Of a DNA stretch of 64,000 nt, positions 52,101-61,371 are shown piece by piece. This DNA comes from Raillietiella orientalis (taxonomy: Eukaryota), in assembly GCA_036172245.1 (NCBI GenBank), contig JAYWIR010000030.1:62001-126000 (forward strand). Reading direction: 5' to 3'. A program made the translations under genes and the position numbers. Numbering within the stretch: the stretch's first letter is position 1; every line of letters starts with the position of its first letter. The notes under the pieces are model-generated. The model had not been told where the DNA came from and did not search any database. It was given only the letters and a program-made list of their open reading frames with translations.

Positions 52101-55100
52101 CCAGGTTCCTGTCGTCTGGTTGGCACGCCGGCACGGCTGCGGAGGAGTCGCCGCCATCTTCTACGTTGGCTTGCAGGGATGGACGTGGCTGACGGGAACG
52201 CTCTCTTCGCTGTTTGCTTTCGGCGCCACTCAGGGTGCTGCTGCCGTCCTGGCGTTCTCGAAACGCCCTCCTCCAAGCCCGAGCTCCACTTGCCGCCTGA
52301 AGGGGCGAGTGGCGTGCTCTCTGGACAGTCTACTCCGCCCCCTCGCGCCCAGCCCTTCGTTTATCCGGCAGCCGCTGCTGCTTGTTGCTTGAACGTTCCG
52401 GTGATCTTCCGCGTTTCGAAACCCCCGCGCTTCCTTGCAGACGCACACGTGAATTATCCAAAACGTCACGTGAAACGTCACGTGCTCCCCGCTTTCCAGA
52501 ATGCCATTTTTTTTTTTTTTTTCTTCTTGGGATGGACGAATGCCCTTTGCTCTGCTGCATGTGCGCTCCTCGGGAGTCGGGCAAACGCCCCAACCCCATG
52601 CCTTGCAATCTGAAAATTGGCCCTCACGACTCGTGCACGGGTCTCTGGATTCTCGAGTGGGTGGGCACACATCGGATCGGCACGCTCAGTGCTCACGTGG
52701 GCAGCTCCTGATGTGCACGGAGGAGGCACGCGGACGTCATGCAGACGGTGGTACGCGAGCCGTCCTTCGGAGCTCGCCTTCGGGGTTATAGAGGGCTTCC
52801 CGCTGCAGCGATGCCCTGCCCTCGAAGCTTTCTGTCCGGTCCTCTCCACACTGCGTTCCAGCGTCGGCATCTCCATGCGTCCAGGTTCTCCCTCGCGACA
52901 ATCGTCTGTCCTGCCCAGCGGTTTCGGGAGGGGAAAGATGGGGTGGGAAGGAGGAAAGTCCCGCGCCCTTTGCTGCAGGGACGCGCCTCCTGGATGAGCA
53001 AGCTAGAGGTCGAGTCTCTTCGCTGGTTGGGATCGCGTCTGTCCTTCCAGATGGAGTCTGCGGAACACACTAAGCTTTCAGGAGCACTTCCGGGCAGTGA
53101 CCAGCTCCCCAATTCGTACTCCCTCCCATCCTTCCTTCTTTCCCACCTCTCTTCTTCCACCCGAGGAAGCCTACCTTCTAATTCCTGCTTGCACACCCAG
53201 TTCCCGATTCCCCACCATGACTCGGGTGGACTCCACAGTGCCGTTTCCGGAATCCGGGACCTGCAAAAAATCTTCGAGGTCGCTTCTTTCGATCACTCCT
53301 AGTCGCCAGCGTGCTCTCGCCGGACCCTCCTCTTCCCCCCTCTTGCTTCCCGGTGGAACGCCCTCAGGGAGTTCCCGGCACCTGGGCAGAATGCTCACCC
53401 CGTGCTTTTTCCAGCCCAACACGAGCGGAAAAAAGTGCACCTCCTGCAGAGAAGGATTCTTCGGGATGACTAAATCCAATGACGCCGGGTGCATTCCCTG
53501 CTTCTGCTTCCAGAGGACGAACCGCTGCCGCACGGTGCCTCGCCACGTCTGGGATCGAGTAAGAGAAACATTTTGTAGCTCCTCGGGTCGGGATGCTGAG
53601 CTCCCTGGTTTCGGACTCGTGTTGCGTGTGCCGCTCTCTCGAGAAGGAACCCCTGCGGACTCGCGTCATCTCTGTCCTTGCTGGAGGCTGCGGTCTCCGC
53701 GCACGGCACAGGGAGTCGCGGGTTCAAATCCCGCCGGGGGAAGGATCGATGCCGAAAATGAGGTGCGTCGTGAGTTCCTAGTCCTTCCGCTAGATGACGC
53801 TGGTCGGTCTATTTGGGTGCGGCGGCACTGGTGGAAGTCGGCTGCTCCCGTCGACTGGCCGGGATTGGAAACTGATCCCTTGGGATCCTTCCAGGAATCA
53901 TCGGTTCCTTTCGGTATCCCCCCCCCCGGTTGTGCAAGCGAAGCCACCCTCCATCGCGTGCCATGGAGCTGGTGGCTCGGCACCTCTCCAGAGTGTTAAG
54001 AAGCGCGCTGCTTCCTTCAGGGAAATCTGGAAGCGTCCCTTCGGAGGCTCTCTTCAAAGGGGGAAACAGGGAGCGGCTCCCTTGCGGGTTCCTTCGGGAG
54101 AAGTGGAGTGGAGTGGCCCCTTCCTGGAGCCCCTCCGGAGAGAACAAGAAAGAGTTTCCTTTCGGGATTCCCTCTCAGGAGTAAGAGAGGAACGGACTCC
54201 TTCCTGGATCCATGGGGTGGTCCCTTTGGGGTTGCCTCTCCTGTAACTTGACGAGTTACTACACGCACCCTCAGGTGGGGTGCTGAAGAGCTTCGTGAGC
54301 CATTTCTAGGGAGGCGAACGGTTCTTCAGCGCTTGGCGCACGTGCGTCAAACCCTGTCGTCCGCAGACAGCTCGAAGCCCTTCGATTCGGCGCAACAGAG
54401 AACTCCAGAGATGCAGCGGCAGGGTCAATTCGTTTCTAGCATCGGGTCAACAAAGGTGCAGCGTGTTGGAGCGTCGCGCGCAGGTCGGATTGCAATGCCG
54501 CGAGCTCTCTGGCAGTCACCAGCCGCCTTTGCACCCCAGCGTCCGGGCCGGGAGTCCTTCAGGCATTTACGCACCCCGACCTTCCCTGCGGGCTGTTCCC
54601 TCATTGACATTCCTGCGGCTGCCACATCCTTGCTTAGGCGAAGCAGCTTCCGGTCTTCTCAGCGCGGTTCTCTGGACAGGGGACTGCAGGGACGCCCCTT
54701 ACTGAGGGAGGGGCTACGCGCGAAGAGTTCACTCAGCGCCTCCTTCCCGGTCGCGTCGCCCGCCCTGTCGCTTCCCGATCCCGGACCAGCGTTAAGCAGG
54801 CCGAAGCACGCGTGGATCTGGGTCTTCCGCTCTCCGTTTGCCCCGCGGGCTTGTTCCTAGGGTGCCCGAGCCGGGTGCCGTTTAGGTGGCACGTGACCTC
54901 CTTGCTGGGAACGGCGATCTTAGATCCGCGTCTCAAATTGGCGTTCCCATAACTCCTCTGCTGACATGTAGCCGGCGGCACCGACAAGCGGCCTGGTGTA
55001 CGGCCTCTCATCCGGTGTCTCACCGCGGTGTTTGCAGTGTTTCCCATCCCCTCGCCGCAGCAGCCATTCGCAGCTGTTCCTTCCGCGGCTCCCCTGTCGC

Positions 55101-58100
55101 GTGTCTCTGGAGCGGGGCCCACCAAAATCCCGAAAGACATTGACAATGAATACATCTGCTTATCATACATAGTAATAATTAGAGATTAATATGTATCCTA
55201 AATATTATAAACAATAAATTTATATGCCTGTTACGAATATTTGTGTATGCATTTCTTTGTAGATTAATATGTATATTCAAGTGTACATACAGATTAATGA
55301 GTACATGTACATGTAGATCGATATGTATATCTGTATGTAGATTAGTGTGTATATTTATATGTAAATTAATGAGTACACTTATACGTAGATTAATATGAAT
55401 GTAGAAAATTATTAGAAATATGCGTTAATATAGTGTCAATATACGTAGTGAATATGATGGAAAATAAACTTATATGCTTATTATATATGTTAATCTATAT
55501 TCGTGCATATAATAAATATATGTAGAATGACTGCATAAGTATCGAATTAGAAATGTATGTACTTATGGAGTGATCGAAATCCCGGACTTCGTCATTTCGT
55601 GAGAAAGTGTCATCATTTATTGACTGTTGGAAGTGACGGAGAAATGAAATGCAAAATTTCTTCTTCCTTTTTTTTTTCTTTTTGCAATTTCTTTGCTTTT
55701 TATTTCATTCCACAATTTTTTAATGTCATCTTGGTTTTATGTTTTTTTTGTAATTCGGTACTTATATATTTATTTGGTACATATTTATTGTATATTTAAA
55801 CATATATGTAATAATATGTAATATATATGTAATAATAAGCATGTGCATATTGATTTTTATGCTATTTAGTATATACTAATACTACATTACTCTCATTATT
55901 AATTACATGAATAAATAAATTATGCCAGCGCTTGTTAAAATAAATTTACTCATTGATCTGTATATTAATCCATATGCTGATTTAAACATGAATGTACATA
56001 TTAATACATGCAATAAGCATGTGTATTTATTTTTACTAATTCTGTAATAAATATTTATCTATATGTAAACATATATAGTACATGTATTATTAATCCTATA
56101 AATATCTGTAACCAACATATGTGTATATTATTTAAATCACATAGATTAAACTTATATATATTAATTCATATATAAATATACATACTAAAATAAATATTGA
56201 GCACATGTATTTATCTCTTATAATCTCTATAGTGTACATTACTCTCTAAGCAAATATATATGCATGTATGGTAAATATATTATTACTCATCTACGTTAAT
56301 AAATATTAACAAGTATGTGTTTTAAAGTAAATTTGTACATGAATCCATGCATAAATACATATGCATATCGACGTACATATTTATGTACTTTTTGCAATCT
56401 TTCGGGATTTTGCAGCCCTCCCCTTAAGGGATGCTTCGTGCGCTGGAACGGCCGCACCTTGAAGGGGCACCCGCCTGCTGCTCTCCTGATCTTCGATGGC
56501 CACCTGCGGCGGTTCCGTTGCCCGGAGCGCGGGCAGGGAACGGAAGGGTTGCCGGGAAACCGCTCCAGCTCCTCGGAAAATGGCCGCGCTCTTCCGCCTC
56601 GCGTTCCCGCGGGATGGCGGGCGCACGCCGAACTCTCGCCCACCCTTCTCCGGATGCGACCGTTCGGACGCGCCCCGGCCCGCGCGGCCCCCGGAGGCCC
56701 CTCAACCTTCGCAGAGGAGGAAACCGTTCCCGAGGCCCACTCGGGTCTCCACCCTCGGCCCGCAAGCGCTCTTAGCGTTGGCGGAAATCCCGCTGGGGAT
56801 CCGTCGGGAGCGACCTGCTCCGGCGCCCACCCGCTGGCCGAAACTCCCGTGGCCGCCATCGGCGCGCGCACCTTGCCTTGGGCGAGCTGCTGCTTTTTCA
56901 GCTCCCAACCTCCCTGGGAGGGACGCCAGAAAGGGAGCCGAGGGCGTGGCGTACGGCCGCGCCCCTCTCTTTCGCCATCTAGCGCCTCGGACCAGCTTGG
57001 GCGGGACACGTTCCTGCGTCCGAGGCGAAAGAATTCACGCCGGCCATCGGAAAGAGTTGCTTTCGCGTGAGCCGGGAGCTTCAGGCATCTCCTGGCACTC
57101 CTCAGCAGCGCGGACAGGACTCAGCCTGCGAGGAACACCCGCAAGCGGATGCTCTTCCGCGGGGAGAGCGCTGAGGTCACCAAACTCCTCCTTGGCTTGC
57201 GCTGCATCACACTGCGGACTCTGCCGACCGCGTCTGCTGCCACGCTGAACAACGGCCCGCGTTGACGGCCGCGGGGCTGCGGCCTCCGTTCGTGCACCGA
57301 GTGCTGCGGGTTCGAATCTCTCCCGGGGAAGGATCCACGCCAGAGAAATGGAGGGGTGCGTCGTCGTGGGGTCGAATTCCCACCACAAGATGACACTAGT
57401 TGGCCAGTTCGGGTGCGGTGGCACTGGTTGAAGCCGGATGCCACCGTTGACCGGCCGGGATTCGAAGTGGACTCTCCGGGGTCCCTTCCAAGACATCAAT
57501 GAGCGCCAGTTCCCTTCGGGGGTTTCCCTCCAGTTGTGAAAATGGGACCGTCCTCCATCACATACCATGAAGCTGGTCGAGACCCCTTTCAAGAGGGAAC
57601 GGCATTTCGGGGGCATGCGCTCTCGAGTTCAGCGATTGCCTAGCAAGGCTCAGCAGCCTATTCTTCCCTCCTGCTTCGGAGGACACCCGTCCCGTGCCAC
57701 CCCCTCGAATCCCCGAGCCGGTTCCAAACTGACTGCGTCCGCGGCAACCGAAACTCCTCAACGGCAGCTCCCTTGCTGCCGTCTCCTCGGGTTGCGGATT
57801 GGTTGCCAGCATTCCCGTTCGAGAAACAGGGCGGACATCTCCGCGCATCCCGCCCTCGGCCATCGTGGTCCCTCCAGCTTGCGTGGTCACCGGCCGCGCG
57901 GGGCGTCATCTCAAGAGACCGCTCTCGCCCTCCCGAGATGCAGGCCGCGCGCCTGCCCCTCTGCGGTCCGAGGTCCCTCCCTCCTCCCGCGGGACGACTT
58001 TGGTAGGCTCATTCGGATGCGGTGGCACTGGGGGCAAGCCGGATGCCCCCGTGGACTTGCCGGGATCGAAAATTGACCTTCCGAGGTCCCTTCCAGGTAA

Positions 58101-61100
58101 CAAGGAGCCCTCCGGTTGTGCAAACGGAACCGTCTGGTCGATCCCTCCCGTTCCATGGAGCTGGTCGATGACCCCCTCGAGGGGTTGCCTCTCCAGAGTG
58201 TTACAGCTGCTCCCTTCGGGGTTCTCTTCGGAGGAGGAAACGGGGACCGATCCTCTTGCGGGTGCTCCTCGGAGAAGAAGTGAGCAGCGACCCACGCAAG
58301 CTGGGAGTCCCTCCGGAGAGAATAGGGAGAGGGTTTCCTCTGGGGTTCCCCTACCAAGAGTAGGAGGAGCGAATTCCTTCCTCCGGAGCCTCCCTGGATT
58401 CATGGGTTGGTCCTTCCGGGGTCACCTCCCACAACTTGAAGAGTTGACCCGCACCATCAGGTGGCATCGAGCGAGGGCCAGAAGCCGCGGGAGGAGAAGC
58501 CATGGAGGATGTGCTCCATTCGCAACTCTTTCTGACCGCGCATCCCGTGATCCGGCGTCTGTGCTTGCTGCCTTTTTGTGCCCGGGATCGGCTGCATGAC
58601 TTGTCTTACCCGCAGGGAACGCCGGATGCACCCGGCGCAAAAGCCTCCCGCCGGTGTCCTGGATGACGTCAGACGCTGGTTGGCGTCCTTTCGAACTGCT
58701 GAAAACGTCGGAACGAAGCGAACCCGGAGTTCAAAAAGGGCCGCGGGATTGTGGGACAGGGTTCGCGTGGGGTGGGGGACCCGGGAGAATCTACCTCTTC
58801 CGCCCTTGCGATGGTGGGATTTTTCTGACCAGAGGGTGTCTTTCCGACCGCAGGTCACCACCCCGGAGCAGTACCTTGGCTACGAGAAGCAACCAGACGA
58901 AAGAGTTCTGGAATTCCTGGATGGCATCCTGGTCATCAGGAAGGATCCCAGCAGTCAGATGATTTCCTCAGAGCACCCTCCTGATGTCATGGTTTACTGG
59001 GAGCTGCCATCCTCCTTCTACGGAGACAAGGTAGGCAGCTCTGGGGCGTTCGGCGAGACCGGCGCGTCCTTCCAGATCCAATCCTACGGCGGCCACTTCC
59101 GGTTCCACTTTGCCACTCTCGGCAGGCTCAGCGGCATTGCTGAGGACGTCCTGGAGTCGCACCCGCTGGTCAGGATCGACAGCCACAACCGCATCTCCCT
59201 GGGGTACCACGACGGCATCGTCGAAGGCTTCCGGCACTACGACGTTCCGTGAGTACCCGGTCCGCTTCGCCAAGAACTCCCGACCTGGCAAAACTGCGAA
59301 GGATGGACGAGAACTCCTGGCGCTTCCCACCCCACCTGAACCCCAGTCGGGAGACCATGCTGGTAGCCTTGCAAGACGTTAAGAGAATCCTCATAAGGAT
59401 CGGCACTCCGAAGGACATCGGCAGAGTCAGGTAATCGGGGAAAGAGCCCGCGGCTTCTCCCCCTTACACGGCCACCCTGGTCAGCCTTTCGAGGATTGAG
59501 CTGGACGCGGCGGTGCCCCAGACGGTCGTCCCGTCCTCCTCGAAGGACGTCCACTCTGTCGAGCTGTGCAGCTGCCCCGCGGAATATGAGGGGAGCTCTT
59601 GCCAGAATCCCGCCGAAGGCTACTACAGGTGGCGGACGAAGGAGACCACGAGCGTAGTGGACTTCGCGGGGAGAGTCGTCCCCTGCAGGTGTGCTAACCG
59701 CAGCGCGACCTGCGACAAGGAGACGGGCAGCTGCAGGGTGAGGTCCTTTCCACGTGCCCCGAGGGGCGCCAGGTCATTGACCGTTCCCAAAGCACTGCGA
59801 GGACCACACGGCGGGAAAACACTGCGAGGACTGCGAGATTGGGTTCTACCCTAGCGGCGGGGAGTGCCTGCCATGCCCCTGCCCTTCGGTCCGCAGGAGC
59901 TTCGCCGCCTCCTGCAAGGAAGGCCCCCGAGGCTTCGAGTGTGTCTGCAGGCCCGGATACGGAGGGCGCCTCTGCGAAAGGTTGTGGCGGGTCGCGCGCG
60001 CGGGCCATAACGCATTCTGATCGCCCGATGCAGGTGCGGGCCGGGACACTTCGGCCGCCCCCAGGACGGAGGCAGCTGCGAGAGCTGCGGCTGCGATCCC
60101 CTGGGCAGCGTCGGCGCGGACTGCGACTCCGGCGGTCAGTGTCGCTGCAAACCGGGCATGTCCGGCAGGGACTGCTCCATCTGCGCCCCTGGCTACGACC
60201 TCGGCGCATCCGGATGCCTCCGTAAGCAGTCCGGGAAGCCTTGGCGGGGCGGGGTGAAACTTCCAGCCTTCCCCCCCCCCCCCGCAGCCTGCGAGGAAGG
60301 ATGTTCCGGGATGCTGCTCCAGCGCGCGCACCTGCTGCCAGCGCTCCTGCCGGACTGGATATGGAACCAGAACTTCCTCTCCCCGCAAGCGCTCCTTGCC
60401 AACCTCAAGGACGGACTCTCTTTCCTGCGGGAGCAGCTGCGCCGGCACGAGGCCCTGAAAGGACGCGTACTGGGCTACCTGGACCAGCTGCAGATCGAGG
60501 GACGGCTGAACCACCTGCACAAAACAGTAAGCGCGCCTCCCTGCCCCATCGTTCCTTTGCGCACGCGCGCGCGCATGCGCCCAGGTGCAGATGCTGAGGA
60601 GCAACTTCGACGAAGAGAGGAACAGCTCCCACGACCTCTTCCGGACGGCCAAGAATGTCGAGGACGAGCTGAAGGTGCTGCGCGACAGACTGGGAGGTAG
60701 ACGGGAGGGCCAGTCCCTGCCCCGCCCCCAAGAGGGGTTCCCTCCCTTGCCTCTCCTGCAACCCATCGCCGTTTCCTAGACGCGGTCTCCTACTTGAACG
60801 GCTACTCGGCCGGCTCCGCCTCCACGGTCACGGTCGCGGCGGCGCTGGAGGAGGCCGCGGCGACATTTCAGGTCTTGCAGGCGAAGAATATTCAGTCCAG
60901 AGCAAAGTTCGTCAGGCAGGAGCTCGGGTAAGTTCCCGCCAGGGAGGGTGAGGAGCGAAGCGACCCTCGCACGCTATCTGTCGATCCGCGTAGGAAGAGC
61001 CTCGGGCTGTGGAACAGGACCAAAGAGCTGCACCTCAGCACGGACGCGCTGGGCGCACCCCTCCAGCGCTTCAGGCACCTGAAGGGCAGGGTCTCCGACC

Positions 61101-61371
61101 TGCACAGGCAGATACAGGTGACCTGCCCGTCCTCACGATACGTGGGAGGGCGATCTCTGAACCTGCCCCTCCTCCTGTGCAGAAGGCTGTCAACACGACC
61201 AAGCTGTCCAAGAGGGACGTCCTGGCCCTCAGGAGCGCCTTCTCCAGCCTGAAGCTGACCCCCAGGAAGCTCAGCAACAGCCAGAACCAGATCGCGGAGA
61301 ACCTCCAGTCAGCGAAGGTCCTCCTGTCCAGGGCCTTGTTCTACCTGAACAACGCGACGGTCACCTACATG
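10044..61371 (+). CDS. LAMA1/2: Laminin subunit alpha-1/2-like (wing blister/lam-3 class), multi-exon, partial: first exon not located, 3' part beyond window
   Basis: 31 GT-AG exons join in consistent phase without stops. Domain order is LN - LE - L4 - LE - L4 - LE - coiled coil. Diagnostic motifs: LATNATITVNATCGEKGPE/VYCK, WWQSPTL, SPRPANWILERS, SLVNGRP, ARYIRLRLQ, YSIRDISIGGRCIC, YWELP..FYGDKIQSYGG, CEEGCSGMLL. Two L4 domains indicate the alpha-1/2 class rather than alpha-3/5. Confidence 0.95.
12270..12430 (-). mobile_element. Decayed non-LTR reverse transcriptase fossil
   Basis: PPGGSTLTPLFFALFT (cf. PQGSxLSPLLFxLY), then FLFQEDV in another frame (cf. LLFADD). Confidence 0.33.
14593..15448 (+). 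repeat. 856-bp direct duplication, copy 1 (copy 2 at 57600-58455)
   Basis: Constant offset 43,007; identical ORFs in the track; only two mismatches seen (15391/58398 and 15437/58444). Confidence 0.97.
14963..15525 (+). mobile_element. tRNA-derived SINE-like repeat, 5'-truncated copy
   Basis: Shares body blocks (GCGGTGGCACTGG, CCTCTCCAGAGTGTT, CCCTTCGGGGTTCTCT, CCTCCGGAGAGAA, AACTTGAAGAG, GAGCTTCGTG) with the other copies. Confidence 0.75.
16565..17247 (-). mobile_element. tRNA-derived SINE-like repeat, near full length
   Basis: Reverse complement has head ...GAGTCGCGGGTTCGAATCCCACCCGGGCAAG (B-box) followed by the same body blocks. Confidence 0.78.
17715..18090 (+). mobile_element. Decayed non-LTR reverse transcriptase fossil
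   Basis: LKGLRSPGPAEV (cf. KSPGPDG), KRGNLPVPFRP (cf. KKG...NYRP), PVPVTHSWGCPQ (cf. PVTSGVPQG) in the expected order, with large deletions. Confidence 0.42.
18397..19133. mobile_element. AT-rich non-autonomous TIR element (foldback/MULE-like)
   Basis: Sharp AT-rich island bounded by CAAAATCCCGAAGGA (18409) and TCTTTCGGAATTTCG (19111-19125); GCGTCAC repeated directly on both flanks (18390-18396, 19135-19141); degenerate ~80-bp internal units. Confidence 0.65.
21194..21382 (+). CDS. LAMA1/2: Laminin alpha exon, LN domain
   Basis: ctttctcttccag acceptor; VYCKVEDEHGGMQCGICDSSSPDPQKRH...WWQSPTLENGDQYEWVTMTFDLHQ; donor gtaact; 189 nt, phase 0/0. Confidence 0.93.
28668..31311 (+). CDS. LAMA1/2: Laminin alpha exon cluster (10 exons): LN C-terminus, LE repeats, L4a, LE repeats
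   Basis: Exons 28668-28910, 28955-29224, 29276-29512, 29562-29711, 29759-29911, 29976-30116, 30194-30442, 30508-30746, 30820-31054, 31103-31311, separated by 44-77 nt GT-AG introns; laminin-EGF cysteine spacing throughout. Confidence 0.92.
32135..32484. mobile_element. Tc1/mariner (Tigger/pogo-like) MITE terminus with subterminal repeats
   Basis: Ends ...GACGAGTACGGAGGCACCACTG-TA (reverse complement TA-CAGTGGTGCCTCCGTACTCGTC...TTCGTTCCGG); motif GGCACTCGTC / GACGAGTTCCG repeated in both orientations. Partner TIR not found. Confidence 0.5.
34043..34718 (+). mobile_element. tRNA-derived SINE-like repeat, near full length
   Basis: Begins CCCGCGTTGGCGG, then GTCGAATCCCTCCCGGGGAAG, the body blocks, and ends GTTCTTCGGCGCTCGG like other copies. 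Confidence 0.78.
38601..38991 (+). CDS. LAMA1/2: Laminin alpha exons (2), LE repeats
   Basis: Exons 38601-38806 (CSEGFFGN...CDPHSGECLGCRNHTTGVGCSQCERGYYGDA) and 38885-38991 (CDCSLRGS...CHPRTGQCHCKENFSGQRCERC); phases match neighbours. Confidence 0.92.
40075..40745 (+). mobile_element. Decayed non-LTR retrotransposon APE endonuclease fossil (RTE-like)
   Basis: In one frame and in the expected order: ADVTSLSR (cf. DIAALSETR), VATKYAPN (cf. xxxYAPT/N), VIRSSDF (cf. IxxGDFN), KWTRTGEGNGLTSAMIDHVI (cf. KxTW...IDHIL), TEARTDCL (cf. xTDHRL). Confidence 0.5.
43281..43458 (+). CDS. LAMA1/2: Laminin alpha exon, LE repeat
   Basis: gttgtttcag acceptor; DSMATTLSHCRRCWCDEVGSLSDLCDGRTGQCLCRSGVAGTRCDACQGGHYGFSRSGCR; donor gtgagt, phase 1. 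Confidence 0.9.
48765..49338 (+). CDS. LAMA1/2: Laminin alpha exons (3), LE repeats
   Basis: Exons 48765-48871, 48925-49108, 49199-49338 (CGCSPVGAHGNDCNSSSGQCKCLPHVIGLTCDRC; CDCNPRG...GQCKCKPGVGGRMC; CDPHTGRCVCPTLTEG). Confidence 0.92.
49665..50180 (-). mobile_element. tRNA-derived SINE-like repeat, 3'-truncated copy
   Basis: Reverse complement GGTCCCCGCGTTGGCGGATGCG...GCGGGTTCGAATCCC (A-box-like plus B-box), followed by body blocks. Confidence 0.78.
51556..51786 (+). CDS. LAMA1/2: Laminin alpha exon, LE repeats
   Basis: cctag acceptor; PCSCHPEGSSHSHCDPISGKCACREGYEGAKCDRCQFGYFSFPHCRKCDCHVEGT...CQCSEDGQCPCK; 231 nt, donor gtactg. Mostly absent from the ORF track. Confidence 0.9.
53415..53558 (+). 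CDS. LAMA1/2: Laminin alpha exon, LE repeat leading into L4b
   Basis: tttttccag acceptor; PNTSGKKCTSCREGFFGMTKSNDAGCIPCFCFQRTNRC...WDR; donor gtaaga; 144 nt. Confidence 0.92.
53670..54336 (+). mobile_element. tRNA-derived SINE-like repeat, near full length
   Basis: GAGTCGCGGGTTCAAATCCCGCCGGGGGGAAG head, all body blocks, end GTTCTTCAGCGCTTGG. Confidence 0.78.
54350..54710 (+). mobile_element. Decayed non-LTR reverse transcriptase fossil
   Basis: ADSSKPFDSA (cf. DFSKAFDSV), RALWQ, DRGLQGRPL (cf. RGLRQGCPL) in one frame and in order. Confidence 0.4.
55109..56423. mobile_element. AT-rich non-autonomous TIR element, same family as 18397-19133
   Basis: Perfect 15-bp inverted repeat CAAAATCCCGAAAGA (55123-55137) / TCTTTCGGGATTTTG (56398-56412) bounds a 1.25-kb AT-rich island with related internal units. 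No TSD seen. Confidence 0.68.
57256..58468 (+). mobile_element. SINE-like copy whose 5' part (57256-57599) is joined to an 856-bp block duplicated from 14593-15448
   Basis: Head CCCGCGTTGACGG...GCGGGTTCGAATCTCTCCCGGGGAAG; body breaks at 57599 and switches to sequence matching 14593 onward. Confidence 0.8.
57600..58455 (+). repeat. 856-bp direct duplication, copy 2
   Basis: Matches 14593-15448 with two mismatches seen. Confidence 0.97.
58854..61371 (+). CDS. LAMA1/2: Laminin alpha exon cluster (11 exons): L4b, last LE repeats, start of coiled coil
   Basis: Exons 58854-59030, 59076-59248, 59302-59430, 59485-59737, 59793-59980, 60034-60221, 60288-60526, 60585-60696, 60780-60927, 60994-61117, 61183-61371 with 45-83 nt introns; phases consistent. 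Boundaries of the coiled-coil exons are less certain than the LE ones. Confidence 0.88.
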
